A stretch of DNA of 64,000 nucleotides from Syntrophales bacterium (GCA_023228425.1 JALOBE010000006.1:16974-80973); one strand, 5' to 3'; positions 19,313 through 29,811 are shown, counted from the stretch's first letter. Numbers and translations are program-made. The notes: a model not told the origin generated them from the letters alone.

Positions 19313-20358
19313 GGTTGTGTCTCCTTTCGTGACAATTGCTGTTTCACCGCCTCGAATACCTCTTCAACGTCGATATCCATCATGCAGTCCCGGCCGGTAC
19401 AGTGTTTCAGGAAACAGGGACTGCAGGAAATATTCGAGCGGATGATAACGTGACCCGTCCCGAAGGGCCCCGTTCTGGCAGGGTCCGTGGGCCCGAAAAG
19501 CGCCACTGTCGGTGTTCCCACCGCCGCCGCGATGTGCATGGGTCCGGAATCGGTGGTCACCACCAGGGCGGCCCGGCTGTAGAGGCAGGCAAGTTCCCTG
19601 AGGGAGGTCTGCCCTTCAAGAGTAATGGAATCGGCATTCATGGCGCCCCTGATTCGGCAAATGAGGCCACTCCCGGGAGCGCCCGTGAAGACAACGGGGA
19701 GCTTCAGCTCCTCAACGATCCGGTCACCGAGTCGGGCAAAACGATCATTGTCCCAGAGCTTGGTTTCCCAGAAAGCAACGGGGCTCAAGGCAATGAACGG
19801 GGCTCCGTTTCCGATCCCGTGCTGCTCGAGAAGACCGGCAATCCAGTTGTGCCCGGGCTCGTCCAGGGCCAGGGAAAACCGGGGCTCACGGGGCTTGGCG
19901 CCAATATGCTCAATAAAATCAAGATACCTGAGAACGGCGTGTTTTTCCATATCCTCGGGGATCGTTTCATTGTAAAAAAACCTGCTCAACTCCTGCATGC
20001 TCCGGTAGCCGAGTTTGCGATCGGCCCGGGACCATCCGATGATGACGGCGCTCTTGAAAAGCCCGTGGAAATCGATGGCGAGATCGTAGTGTCGGTCCCG
20101 CAGGACCGAAAGAAACGAGCGGATCTCGCCGATCGTTTCCCGCCTGTTCCGCCCGCGGATGAGGCTGTTCACCCAGCGTTTCCGGAAAGAAACAAGGACC
20201 CGGTCACAGTCGGGGTGGTTGTGCAGCAGGTCGGCTGCGCCCTCTTCGACAACCCAGGTGATGTGGGCGGCCGGGTAGGCCTCTCGCAGTGCCGATAGCG
20301 ACGGCAGGGTGTGAACGACGTCTCCGACGGCGCTCAATTTAACGATAAGAATGTTCAC
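19303..20358 (-). CDS. waaC: glycosyltransferase family 9, LPS heptosyltransferase I-like
   Basis: 351 aa. The N-terminus 'MNILIVKLSAVGDVVHTLPSL...ITWVVEE' closely parallels WaaC/RfaC. Confidence 0.75.
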   Translation of the reverse strand: MNILIVKLSAVGDVVHTLPSLSALREAYPAAHITWVVEEGAADLLHNHPDCDRVLVSFRKRWVNSLIRGRNRRETIGEIRSFLSVLRDRHYDLAIDFHGLFKSAVIIGWSRADRKLGYRSMQELSRFFYNETIPEDMEKHAVLRYLDFIEHIGAKPREPRFSLALDEPGHNWIAGLLEQHGIGNGAPFIALSPVAFWETKLWDNDRFARLGDRIVEELKLPVVFTGAPGSGLICRIRGAMNADSITLEGQTSLRELACLYSRAALVVTTDSGPMHIAAAVGTPTVALFGPTDPARTGPFGTGHVIIRSNISCSPCFLKHCTGRDCMMDIDVEEVFEAVKQQLSRKETQPWQ

Positions 20359-20935
20359 GACTCCGATCCTTCAAGATCCATGAGACCGCATCGAGTATGT
20401 CCCGGGCGTTGTAGGCAGGCTCCGGGCCGTCACCCCGCAGATCCTCCGAATCAGACTGCCGCGCCCCGTATCCCGTTCGCACGAGGATTCCCGTGACTCC
20501 CGCCCTGCGTGCCGCCGACACGTCCCGAAACGTGTCGCCGATCATGTAGGACCGGCCCAGGTCGATGTGAAGTTCCCGGGCGGCCCTGAGGATCATTCCG
20601 GGATTGGGTTTGCGGCAGTCACAGTCCAGGACGTAGGGAACCCGCCCCTCCGCCGGATGGTGGGGACAGTAATAGAACCGGTCGATCCGGGCGCCCGAGT
20701 CGGCGAGCATCTGTTGCAGGCGCCGGTGGACCTTCTCAAGGAAGGCTTCGTCGAAGATCCCCCGGGCGACACCCGACTGGTTGGTGACGACAACAGCCAT
20801 CATGCCGGCCTCATTGACCATCCTGATGGCCCGTGCTGCGGTGGGATACAGGACGAGCTGGTCAAGCCTCGAAAGATAGCCTACTTCCTCGTTTATGGTT
20901 CCATCGCGGTCAAAAAATACGGCCTCTTTGTTCAC
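20339..20935 (-). CDS. gmhB: D-glycero-D-manno-heptose 1,7-bisphosphate phosphatase (HAD family)
   Basis: It has 'AVFFDRDGTIN', the zinc motif 'CPHHP...CDCRKP' and 'MIGD'. GTG 20935 (AGGAG about 10 nt upstream) is preferred over track start 20995. Confidence 0.8.
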   Translation of the reverse strand: MNKEAVFFDRDGTINEEVGYLSRLDQLVLYPTAARAIRMVNEAGMMAVVVTNQSGVARGIFDEAFLEKVHRRLQQMLADSGARIDRFYYCPHHPAEGRVPYVLDCDCRKPNPGMILRAARELHIDLGRSYMIGDTFRDVSAARRAGVTGILVRTGYGARQSDSEDLRGDGPEPAYNARDILDAVSWILKDRSREHSYR

Positions 20936-20942
20936 CGGGTTT

Positions 20943-21998
20943 TCACTCCTTCCGCTCTTCCAGAAGCCGCGCCGCCAAGGTGTAAACGTCATCAACGGTT
21001 ATACCGTCCATGCAGGCGAAATCGCCGGGGCATGTTTTTTTGAGGCAGGGGCTGCAGTGCGCCTTCCGGTAGAGGACATGGCTGCGGGCTCCCAGAGGAG
21101 ATGTGGCCCGGGGATTTGTGGACCCGAAAATGGCGATGAGGGGCACACCCAGCCCGCCGGCCAGGTGCATGAGGCCGGAATCGTTCGCAACAACGAGATC
21201 GCACCGGCTCATGAGGGCCGCCGCTTCCGCGAGGGTCGTACTCCCCGCCAGGTCAAGGGGGGTATGTTTCATGTGCGTCGCCACGGCGCCCGTGTGGACG
21301 GTATCGTCGCTGCCGCCGAAAAGCAGGACCCGCGCCGAATGATGATCTGCGAGCCGGTCCGCGACCTCGGCAAATCGCTCGGCATACCATATCTTGGCGG
21401 GACCGTAGGATGCCCCCGGCGCAATGCCCACCACGGGGTGATTCCGGCCGATACCTTCGTTTCTGAACAGTTCATCGGCACGCCGAAGACTGTCCCCGTC
21501 GGGCCGAATCGCCATCTCGTCGGGATCGGAGCGGAACCCCAGTGACCGCACCATCTCGAGGTAATAGTGCGTCTGGTGGAGGGTATCGATATACTTCTTT
21601 TTTCTAACCGGGTGTGTCAGAAGAAGCCCGCGCCCGTCGGTGGTGTATCCCGCCCGCAGGGGTATGCGGGCCAGGGCGGCGATAATGGCCGCTTCGATGG
21701 CGTTCTGAAAGAGCAGCGCGGCGTCGAAATGACGGACCCGGAGCTCCCGGGCGAGACGGAACTTTCCCGCGATTCCGTCGTGAACGCCCGGACTGCGGAA
21801 CAGGATCACCTCGTTTACCCCGGGGAAAAGTCGATACAGGTCCGCCACCCATGGTTTTGCCAGTACCGCGATCCGTGTTTCGGGACAGCTGTTTCTCACC
21901 GCCGACAGAGCGGGCAGACTCATGATGACATCGCCGATCCAGTTGGTTCCCCGAATCAGGAGATGTTCGACTTTCGGAAGGTTCCTGCTCTGAAACAC
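20943..21998 (-). CDS. waaF: glycosyltransferase family 9, LPS heptosyltransferase II-like
   Basis: 351 aa. It has 'LIRGTNWIGDVIMSLPAL' and 'NDSGLMHLAGGLGVPLIAIFG'. Confidence 0.75.
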   Translation of the reverse strand: MFQSRNLPKVEHLLIRGTNWIGDVIMSLPALSAVRNSCPETRIAVLAKPWVADLYRLFPGVNEVILFRSPGVHDGIAGKFRLARELRVRHFDAALLFQNAIEAAIIAALARIPLRAGYTTDGRGLLLTHPVRKKKYIDTLHQTHYYLEMVRSLGFRSDPDEMAIRPDGDSLRRADELFRNEGIGRNHPVVGIAPGASYGPAKIWYAERFAEVADRLADHHSARVLLFGGSDDTVHTGAVATHMKHTPLDLAGSTTLAEAAALMSRCDLVVANDSGLMHLAGGLGVPLIAIFGSTNPRATSPLGARSHVLYRKAHCSPCLKKTCPGDFACMDGITVDDVYTLAARLLEERKE

Positions 21999-22080
21999 CT
22001 GCTGTTATCCACCTTTCTTCTCCATCTTCAGGCTGTCCCGGCCGGTGAGAGAACCTCCACCGTCGAGCGCCGGGAATGTG

Positions 22081-23154
22081 TCAGGATTCGATCTTCCGGC
22101 GCAGCAGGCTCATCAGTTCGTCAGGCGACGGGTCCAGGCGCATCTCGATGCGAAGAAGTTTCAGTTGTCTGTAGAAGCCTGGATGGCGCCGCAGCCTCAC
22201 TCCGTCTTTTTCGGTGGTGACGATGCTTCGGCCGGATGAGGCGGCCATGATGGTTTCCACATCTTTTTCATTGTATGCGTGATGGTCCGGAAAGGCAAGA
22301 AAAGGCTCTACACGACCACACCAGGGGGCCAGGGTGGCGCGAAACCGTTCCGGTTCGGCTATTCCCGCGAAAGCGGCCACCGATTCCCCCCGCAGGGAAT
22401 GGAGGGGCAGGCTGATTCCGTCGGCACAGTCGAGCAGGTCCTTCGCATGGCGTCCGGCCCGGAAGAGCGGGGTATAGGGGCCCGCCCGCTCCCCGATTTC
22501 CTCAGGGATCCCCCGGGGCGGCCCGTCCACCACGACCACCATATGAGCCCGTCGGATCGACGACAGGGGCTCACGAAGGAGGCCTCCGGGGAAGACGCGC
22601 CCGTTGCCGAAGGGTCGGATGCCGTCGACGAGAACGATATCCACGTCCCGGTACAGCGAACGGTGTTGAAATGCGTCATCCAGGATGAGGATGTCGCTGT
22701 CGAAACGCTCGAGGACGGCCCGACCGGCGATGAAACGGCGCCGGCCGGTAGCAACCGGCACGCCCTCCAGCGACCGGGCGATGAGGACGGGCTCGTCGCC
22801 CGCCTCTCCGGCGGTCGAGAGTAGGTTCACGCCGTCGGACACGATCGTGGCCGAAGCTCTGCTTGTACCCCCGTACCCCCGGCTGATGACGGCCGGACGG
22901 TATCCCCTCTCTTTTAAAAGGCCCGCCAGCATGATCACGGTCGGTGTTTTCCCCGTGCCGCCCAGGGTGAGATTGCCCACGCTCACCACGCTCACCGGGA
23001 GCCGGTCGATTCGGGCATACCCGCTGTCATAGAGGCGGTTCCGGGCCCTGATCAGGGATTCATACCCGATGGACAGGGGGAAGGAAACGAACGGCAACGC
23101 CCTGTTTCCCGCCTGCAGTCTTTTTCTCCCGTAGTCGGTTATCCGCCGCGCCAT
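22081..23154 (-). CDS. lpxK: tetraacyldisaccharide 4'-kinase
   Basis: 357 aa. It has the P-loop 'VGNLTLGGTGKTP', plus 'ISRGYGG' and 'ILDDAFQH'. Confidence 0.85.
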   Translation of the reverse strand: MARRITDYGRKRLQAGNRALPFVSFPLSIGYESLIRARNRLYDSGYARIDRLPVSVVSVGNLTLGGTGKTPTVIMLAGLLKERGYRPAVISRGYGGTSRASATIVSDGVNLLSTAGEAGDEPVLIARSLEGVPVATGRRRFIAGRAVLERFDSDILILDDAFQHRSLYRDVDIVLVDGIRPFGNGRVFPGGLLREPLSSIRRAHMVVVVDGPPRGIPEEIGERAGPYTPLFRAGRHAKDLLDCADGISLPLHSLRGESVAAFAGIAEPERFRATLAPWCGRVEPFLAFPDHHAYNEKDVETIMAASSGRSIVTTEKDGVRLRRHPGFYRQLKLLRIEMRLDPSPDELMSLLRRKIES

Positions 23155-23175
23155 AGTGTCGGTGTCTCCGATCCG

Positions 23176-24918
23176 TCAGCCCGTTGCCCGCTGGGTGCCG
23201 TTGTTTTCGAACTGCATCGTAAACAGCCGGTGGTACTCTCCCCGCTTCGCTATGAGACCGTCATGAGTACCTTGCTCCACGATGGCTCCATCATAGAGGA
23301 CGACGATACGGTCGGCGTTTCGAATCGTCGACAGCCGGTGGGCGATGATCAAGGTCGTTCGCCCCTTCATAAGCGTTTCCAGGGCTTCCTGGACCTCCTT
23401 TTCCGAATCTGTGTCGAGGGAGGACGTGGCTTCGTCAAGTATGAGGATGGGGGCATTTTTCAGCAACGAGCGGGCTATGGAGATTCTCTGCCGTTCCCCG
23501 CCTGACAGCCTGACTCCCTGCTCGCCGATGACCGTATCATAGCCCCGGGGCAGTTTCATGATAAACTCGTGGGCCTTGGCCGCCTGCGCCGCCCTGATGA
23601 CATCATCATCGCTCCTGTCTATGTCGCCGTAGGCGATATTGTCGCGGACCGTATCATTAAAGAGGATGACCTGCTGGGTAACGATGGCGATCTGGTCCCG
23701 GAGAGAGCGGATCGTACTATCCCGGATATCGACTCCGTCGATGAGAATCGCCCCTTCCGTGACGTCGTAGAACCGGGGAATCAAGTTGACCAGGGTTGTT
23801 TTCCCCACGCCGCTCATGCCCACGAAGGCGACAACCTCACCGGCCCTGATGGTGAGGTCGATCCGCTTGAGTACCGGATCATCGCCGTAGCTGAAGGTTA
23901 CATCGCGCAGTTCGATGGACCGCTTCATGGGCGCGAGCATCTGCGCCCCCTCGCGGTCCTGAATCTCGGGAGCGCTGTCCATGAGGCCGAAAACCCTCTG
24001 GGCGGCAGCGATTCCCTGCTGGATGGTATTATTGACGTTGGTGAGACGCTTGATGGGCTCGTAGAGGAGTATGAGGGCCGTCATGAAGGAAAAGAAGGTT
24101 CCCGGAGTTGAACGGCCCTGGATGACCTCGTAGCCCCCGTAGAGAACGATGGCAGCCACGCCGAGATGGCCGAGAAACTCCATAAGCGGGCTGGAGAGGG
24201 CACGGATGGAAACCGATTTCATGAACAGCCGGAAAAGGTTTTCATTTTCCCGGGCGAACCGCCGGCCTTCGTAGTCTTCCATGCCGAAGGCCTTGACGAT
24301 GCGGGTCCCGGCGATGGTTTCCTGCAGGAGACTGGACAGAGTTCCCATGGTCACCTGGCTGTCGGTCGCCACGCGCCGCATTTTCTCGCCGAACATGACG
24401 ATGGGATAGACGGCCAGGGGAAAGACAAAAATCGCTATCAGGGCCAGTTTCCAGTTCATGTAAAAGATGACGAAGGTGAGGGCCACCAGCATCAGGGAGT
24501 CCTTGAGAAGACTGGTTACCGCCTCGGATACGGCCATCTGGATGAAGGTTACATCGTTGGTGATCCGGGACATGAGAGTCCCCGTGGGGTTCCGGTAAAA
24601 GAACGACAGGGACTGGCACTGTATGTGGTTGTAAAGATCGCTCCGCAGATCCGTCACAACCCGCTGCCCGATAAAGCTCATGAGGACGATCTGCCCGTAA
24701 TTGCAGGCACCTTTGACGAAAGCGACAACGAGAATGGCCAGTGCTATGACGGCCAGCTTCGAGGCGTCCCTGTTGACGAAAATATCGTCGATCACGGGTT
24801 TCACCAGGTAGGCCAGGGCGGCCGTAGCGGCGCTGAGGCCGGCCATGCAGAGCAGGGCAATGACGAACTTGCCCAGGTGGGGACGGACCAGCCTGAGAAG
24901 ACGGGTATAGAGTATCAC
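23176..24918 (-). CDS. msbA: lipid A/LPS export ABC transporter (fused permease-ATPase)
   Basis: 580 aa. It has 6 N-terminal TM helices, Walker A 'GMSGVGKTT', the signature 'LSGGERQR' and Walker B 'ILILDEATS'. It lies between lpxB and lpxK. Confidence 0.85.
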   Translation of the reverse strand: MILYTRLLRLVRPHLGKFVIALLCMAGLSAATAALAYLVKPVIDDIFVNRDASKLAVIALAILVVAFVKGACNYGQIVLMSFIGQRVVTDLRSDLYNHIQCQSLSFFYRNPTGTLMSRITNDVTFIQMAVSEAVTSLLKDSLMLVALTFVIFYMNWKLALIAIFVFPLAVYPIVMFGEKMRRVATDSQVTMGTLSSLLQETIAGTRIVKAFGMEDYEGRRFARENENLFRLFMKSVSIRALSSPLMEFLGHLGVAAIVLYGGYEVIQGRSTPGTFFSFMTALILLYEPIKRLTNVNNTIQQGIAAAQRVFGLMDSAPEIQDREGAQMLAPMKRSIELRDVTFSYGDDPVLKRIDLTIRAGEVVAFVGMSGVGKTTLVNLIPRFYDVTEGAILIDGVDIRDSTIRSLRDQIAIVTQQVILFNDTVRDNIAYGDIDRSDDDVIRAAQAAKAHEFIMKLPRGYDTVIGEQGVRLSGGERQRISIARSLLKNAPILILDEATSSLDTDSEKEVQEALETLMKGRTTLIIAHRLSTIRNADRIVVLYDGAIVEQGTHDGLIAKRGEYHRLFTMQFENNGTQRATG

Positions 24919-26153
24919 GGGGCGCTCCTGTTCCGGAACGGGAGGATCTCCGGGCCCGCCGCTTGTGCCCCGCCGGGGCTTCTGATCCCCCGCTCCATAA
25001 GGTCAAGTGCCAGGGCGGCGGTCTTTACCGCGGCCCCGGGTTCGCCCAGCATGGATTTTAACGCTTCCAGGTCACGGGAAACCTGTTCTCTCCGTCCCTC
25101 GCCGGTGAGAATGTCCAGGAGCCCCCGGGCTATCTTCCCGGGTTCGGCGTCCGCCTGGATGTATTCGGGGACTACCTCCCGGCCGGCGATGATGTTGACC
25201 AGTCCGATATGATCCACGGCGATGAACATTTTACCCAGGAGGTAGGACAGCGGGGACACCCTGTAGACGATAACCATGGGAACCCCGAGAAGAGCCGCCT
25301 CCAGGGTGGATGTGCCCGATGTGACGATGGCCGCGTTGGACACTCCCAAGGCTTCGTAGAAACGTCCCTTTACAACCGTTACATCCAGGGGAATGTCCCG
25401 GCGGATCGCGTCGATTGTCTCCAGGGGAATTCCCTCGGCCAGGGGAAGCACGAACTGTGCGTCGGGTATGCTGCTGTCGAGAATCTGTGCCGCCTCGAGA
25501 ATGCAGGGGAGCAGGGACGTGACTTCCCGTTCGCGGCTGCCCGGAAGCAGCCCGATGATGGTTCCCTCCGGCCGGAGTCCCAGGCGATCCAGTGCTTCGT
25601 TGCGGGAACAGGTCATGAGAACACGATCCATGAGGGGGTGCCCCACAAAACGGGCATCCAGGCTGGTGGAGCGATAGATTTCTTCCTCGAAGGGCAGAAT
25701 AACGGCCATGCGGTCCACGTATTGTTCCAGGAAGTGAATTCTTTTTTTCCGCCAGGCCCACACCTGGGGGCTGATGTAGTAAAAGACGGGAATGCCCAGG
25801 TTGTGCGCGAACCTGGCAAGGGGCATGTTGAAATCGGGGAAATCAATGAGGATGAGAAGAGAGGGGCGTTTTGTCCGCAGAAGACGTTTTATCTTCCGGC
25901 GGGCCCCGAGAATGACTCCCAGCTTCGGGAATACTTCCGTCAATCCCACCACGGCAAGTTCATTGGCGTGGTGTACCAGGGTCACGCCCTCCTTTTCCAT
26001 CCTGTCGCCGCCTATTCCACAAACTCGCAGTGCCGGATCGACGGCCTTCATCTCCCGGACGAGCATCGATCCGTGGAGGTCCCCCGAGGCCTCGCCGGCA
26101 ATAATGACAACGTCCTTGTTCGGTGCGGCAAAAGAATTGTTATAAGCTTCCAT
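24915..26153 (-). CDS. lpxB: lipid-A-disaccharide synthase
   Basis: 412 aa. It has 'VVIIAGEASGDLHGSML', 'ISPQVWAWR' and 'ASGTSTLEAALLGVPMV'. Confidence 0.9.
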   Translation of the reverse strand: MEAYNNSFAAPNKDVVIIAGEASGDLHGSMLVREMKAVDPALRVCGIGGDRMEKEGVTLVHHANELAVVGLTEVFPKLGVILGARRKIKRLLRTKRPSLLILIDFPDFNMPLARFAHNLGIPVFYYISPQVWAWRKKRIHFLEQYVDRMAVILPFEEEIYRSTSLDARFVGHPLMDRVLMTCSRNEALDRLGLRPEGTIIGLLPGSREREVTSLLPCILEAAQILDSSIPDAQFVLPLAEGIPLETIDAIRRDIPLDVTVVKGRFYEALGVSNAAIVTSGTSTLEAALLGVPMVIVYRVSPLSYLLGKMFIAVDHIGLVNIIAGREVVPEYIQADAEPGKIARGLLDILTGEGRREQVSRDLEALKSMLGEPGAAVKTAALALDLMERGIRSPGGAQAAGPEILPFRNRSAP

Positions 26154-26194
26154 CGGTGATCACTGCCGTCCTGTACAGGGAGGTTCCATGATGT

Positions 26195-27142
26195 TCATGC
26201 CGGCACCCCGCTTCCGTCTTCCATTACTTCAGCCACCCGAAGCGCCAGTTCGAGGGAGTTTCTTCCTTCCCTCCCCGACACCCGGGGAGGAGTCCGGGCA
26301 ATGACGGACTGAACGAAATGCCGTATTTCAGCCTCCAGGGGATCGTGTTGCCCGATCTCTACGTCCCGCATGCTGATTTCCACGCCCCCCTGACCGTCGG
26401 GGTGTTTCTTGAGTGAAACGAGTTCGCGCTTGGCGTAATCCACTGAATGATACCCTTCAAACCCGAAAAACCGTATTTTCTGCAATTTTTTCCCCGTTAC
26501 CCTGCTCGCGGTAATATTCGCCACACAGCCATTTTCAAAGGACAGCCTCACGTTCGCTATATCCACTTTATCGGACAGAACCGACACCCCGACGGCATCG
26601 ACGGACCGTATCGGAGACGCGACAAAAGCGAGCACCAGATCGAGATCATGAATCATGAGGTCCAGTATGACATCTACATCGGTACCCCGGCTGTAAAAGG
26701 GATGCAGCCGATGGGCCTCGATAAAGACCGGTCGTTCTATGATCTTCTCGAGAGCGATGACAGCCGGGTTGAATCGTTCTATGAACCCCACCTGCAGGAT
26801 GCGGTCTCCCTGTTCGGCCGCCTCGAGCAGGTCGTCGGCCTCTTCGAGGGTCAGGGTCATGGGTTTTTCCAGAAGTACATCGACGCCGGCGGCCAGAAAA
26901 TCCCGGGCGATGGCGTGGTGTGTCACCGTCGGGGTCGCAATGCTGACGGCGTCCACCTTTCCGATGAGGCGGCGATAGTCCGTGAAGCCTTCGCACCGGT
27001 AACGCCCGGCCGCCTGTTCCGTCCGGTCTTGCTGTATGTCGGAGACCCCCGCGATGACGCAGTCTTCAATCATCTCGTATTTCTGGAGATGGTAGGTCCC
27101 CAGGTGTCCGATTCCAACGACACCTACCTTAAGCATACCCAT
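26195..27142 (-). CDS. Gfo/Idh/MocA-family NAD(P)-dependent oxidoreductase
   Basis: It has the Rossmann motif 'LKVGVVGIGHLG', 'LLEKP' and 'QVGFIERFNPA'. ATG 27142 (GGTGA 8 nt upstream) is preferred over GTG 27154. It lies between lpxA and lpxB. Confidence 0.8.
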   Translation of the reverse strand: MGMLKVGVVGIGHLGTYHLQKYEMIEDCVIAGVSDIQQDRTEQAAGRYRCEGFTDYRRLIGKVDAVSIATPTVTHHAIARDFLAAGVDVLLEKPMTLTLEEADDLLEAAEQGDRILQVGFIERFNPAVIALEKIIERPVFIEAHRLHPFYSRGTDVDVILDLMIHDLDLVLAFVASPIRSVDAVGVSVLSDKVDIANVRLSFENGCVANITASRVTGKKLQKIRFFGFEGYHSVDYAKRELVSLKKHPDGQGGVEISMRDVEIGQHDPLEAEIRHFVQSVIARTPPRVSGREGRNSLELALRVAEVMEDGSGVPA

Positions 27143-27288
27143 GGCGCATGTCACCTTTCACAGCCATCATCGACAGAGAGCCTTGAAAACTATAGCGGCA
27201 GGAAAGCCTGAACGATAACCACAGTAAAGAACGATTTCCCGTCGTGATGCTCCTCGAAACGGCACAATGCAGTGGTCTCAGGCACTGT

Positions 27289-28062
27289 CTAACGGCATAC
27301 TCCCCGTTGAGACTTTTCAAGAAACTCGATGAGGTGGTTCACTTCAGGAATCGCCTCCAGCTCATTTCTCACCCTCCCGATGGCGTCTTTCAACAGAAGC
27401 GAGGAACGGAAGAGTATCCGGTAGGCTTCTTTCAGAGTTTTTACCGTTTCCGGAGCAAAGCCCTTCCGCTCCAGACCGATCAGGTTGAGGCCGTAAAGCC
27501 TGGCCCGGTTTCCTGAAACGATCACATAGGGAGGAACATCGCCGGCAACAGCCGAAGCGCCTCCGACCATGGCGTAGCTCCCGATGGAACAGAACTGGTG
27601 TATACCGGTCATGCCGCCGATGGTGACATGATCTCCGATGGTGACATGGCCGGCCAGGTTGGCCGCGTTGGCCATGACGACATTGTTCCCCAGGCTGCAG
27701 TTGTGGGCCACGTGGCAGTACGCCATGATCAGGTTGTTGTCGCCCATGATGGTCATACCGATGTCGGCGGCCGTGCCCCGGTGAATCGTAACACACTCCC
27801 GTATGGTATTGTTGTTGCCGATGATCACCTTGCACCGTTCTCCCCTGAATTTGAGGTCTTGCGGGTCCGCCCCCACGGAGGCGAACTGGAAGATGGAACA
27901 GCCGCTGCCGATCTCCGTGGGTCCCTCAATAACAACGTGGGGAGCGATTCGGGTATTCTCCCCGATCGACACGTCGGGTCCCACGACGCTGTAGGGACCT
28001 ATTTCAACCCCCTCGGCGATGGCCGCCCGGGGGGAAATGATTGCGGAAGGGTGAATTTTCAT
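27289..28062 (-). CDS. lpxA: acyl-ACP--UDP-N-acetylglucosamine O-acyltransferase
   Basis: 257 aa. It has left-handed beta-helix hexapeptide repeats and '[16 protein letters not shown]', with a C-terminal helical domain. Confidence 0.9.
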   Translation of the reverse strand: MKIHPSAIISPRAAIAEGVEIGPYSVVGPDVSIGENTRIAPHVVIEGPTEIGSGCSIFQFASVGADPQDLKFRGERCKVIIGNNNTIRECVTIHRGTAADIGMTIMGDNNLIMAYCHVAHNCSLGNNVVMANAANLAGHVTIGDHVTIGGMTGIHQFCSIGSYAMVGGASAVAGDVPPYVIVSGNRARLYGLNLIGLERKGFAPETVKTLKEAYRILFRSSLLLKDAIGRVRNELEAIPEVNHLIEFLEKSQRGVCR

Positions 28063-29117
28063 TGAGTACCTGCCTCATTGTCGTTCATGCTCTGCAGAAC
28101 CTGTTCGATCTGCTCAATTCTTGCGGCCAGATCCAGGAGCCGCTTTCTCATCTCCGGCAGCTGCGGAAGGGTGGCCTGCGTCCTCAACCATAGCCGGTGA
28201 GGCATCTGGCTGAACCCGGACATAACCGTTCCGGGGGGAACATTCTTGTGAATGCCGGTTTTGGCGGCCACCATGGCCCCGTCTCCCACCGTGATATGGC
28301 CCACAAGGCCGGCCTGTCCTCCCAGGAGGACTCCTCTCCCTATCCTGGTGCTGCCCGATATACCCACCTGGGCAACGACCACTGAACGCTCGCCGATCAC
28401 AACGTTGTGGGCAATCTGCACCAGGTTGTCTATTTTGACACCCTCCTTGATCCAGGTGACCCCCAGGGTTCCACGATCGATGGTCGTGTTGGCGCCGATC
28501 TCGCAATCGTCGTCAATCCTGACGATCCCCACCTGGGGAACCTTGACGTTCCCGGTCCCGGGGCCGGCAAAACCGAATCCGTCGCTTCCCACCACGACAC
28601 CGGCGTGCAGCACTACCCGCTTCCCTATGATACATCTGCGGTAGATGGTGACGTTGGGATACAGAACCGAGTCCTCACCGATGACCGCGCCGTCCCCCAC
28701 GACAACACCCGGGTAGAGTGTCACACCACGATCCAGGCGGGCTGAGGATCCCACGCAGGACCCGGGGCAGATGGTCACGTTCTCGGCAATGGAAGCGTCC
28801 GGGGCGATGAAGGCACCTTCGCTGATCCCGGCGGGGGGGGCTTCATCCGGGTAGAGCAGGGTCAGGACCCGGGCCAGAGAAACGTAAGGGTCATCGACAA
28901 CCACCAGGGGCTTCGGGGCAGCGGTGATATCCCGCGGAACCAGAATGGCCGACGCGCCGGTTGTTGCGATGTCAGCCCGGTACCTGGGGTTTGCCACGAA
29001 GGTGAGATCCCCTTCCGATGCCTCTTCGATGCCCGAAACGGCCCGGATCTCAACGTCTCCGTCACCGATGACGAATCCTCCGAGAAATGATGCTATGTCA
29101 CTGAGTTTCTTGTGCAT
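28059..29117 (-). CDS. lpxD: UDP-3-O-acylglucosamine N-acyltransferase
   Basis: 352 aa. It starts '[10 protein letters not shown]' and has hexapeptide repeats and '[10 protein letters not shown]'. Its stop overlaps the lpxA start (ATGA). Confidence 0.9.
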   Translation of the reverse strand: MHKKLSDIASFLGGFVIGDGDVEIRAVSGIEEASEGDLTFVANPRYRADIATTGASAILVPRDITAAPKPLVVVDDPYVSLARVLTLLYPDEAPPAGISEGAFIAPDASIAENVTICPGSCVGSSARLDRGVTLYPGVVVGDGAVIGEDSVLYPNVTIYRRCIIGKRVVLHAGVVVGSDGFGFAGPGTGNVKVPQVGIVRIDDDCEIGANTTIDRGTLGVTWIKEGVKIDNLVQIAHNVVIGERSVVVAQVGISGSTRIGRGVLLGGQAGLVGHITVGDGAMVAAKTGIHKNVPPGTVMSGFSQMPHRLWLRTQATLPQLPEMRKRLLDLAARIEQIEQVLQSMNDNEAGTQ

Positions 29118-29292
29118 ACAATGATTCTTTTCCGAACGGGCCCGTCCATAAGGGATGTCCGCGTATCAAAGATTTGTAGATGATGGGGAAGCAGTAACAC
29201 AACGAGGCGTCCCCGTCTCAACAAGACGGTGGCGCCCCTGGTGTGACGGGTTCAGGATCCGAACCCCCGTCATCGATAGCCTGTCGTCCCGT

Positions 29293-29811
29293 TCAGCGGG
29301 CAACCTTGTTGAGGGCTTCAATAACCTTGCCGGTAATATCCTTTGCCTCGGAGGTAAAGAGCAGGCCCCCGGTTCCCACGTCAAATATCGCGGTATAATT
29401 CTCTTTTTTGCCGATTTCATTTATGATCTTCTGGATTCCGGGAATCAGGAGCTGCGTCATCTGCTGCTCTCGCATCCTCATTTCTTCATTGGCGTCATCC
29501 ACGAAACGCTTGTAATCGCGGAGCCGCTTCTGGAAATCAAGGTCCTTTTCCCGATAGGCTGATTCCGTCAGCACAGACCGCTGCTGTTCGAGTTCTTCCT
29601 GGGTTTTCTGCAATTCCCTCTCCTGCGCCTGGATCTGACCCTGCTTTTTCTCCACGAGTTTTCTGAATTCCAGGGCAGAACTCTTACCCGCTTCCGATTC
29701 CATGAAAATTCTCTGGATATCAACAAAAGCGATCTTTTCGGCCGCCACTGCGGTTGCGCCGGTCAGAACGAAGGCCGCCGCTATGCACATACAGACTACC
29801 AGGTTTCTCAT
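29293..29811 (-). CDS. skp: periplasmic chaperone Skp/OmpH
   Basis: 172 aa. It has a signal peptide and a coiled-coil-rich sequence ('KIAFVDIQRIFMES...'). It lies between bamA and lpxD, the canonical position. Confidence 0.8.
   Translation of the reverse strand: MRNLVVCMCIAAAFVLTGATAVAAEKIAFVDIQRIFMESEAGKSSALEFRKLVEKKQGQIQAQERELQKTQEELEQQRSVLTESAYREKDLDFQKRLRDYKRFVDDANEEMRMREQQMTQLLIPGIQKIINEIGKKENYTAIFDVGTGGLLFTSEAKDITGKVIEALNKVAR

Noticed and set aside
24166-25212. 348-aa ORF on the plus strand, with similar long ORFs at 25209-26159, 26447-27211, 35271-36320, 36427-37431, 43 kb, 50 kb, 54 kb and 61 kb
   Set aside because: All are antisense to confidently identified genes (msbA, lpxB, the oxidoreductase, lysS, hldA, plsB, atpA, atpI, hflX). 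They lack motifs and RBSs.
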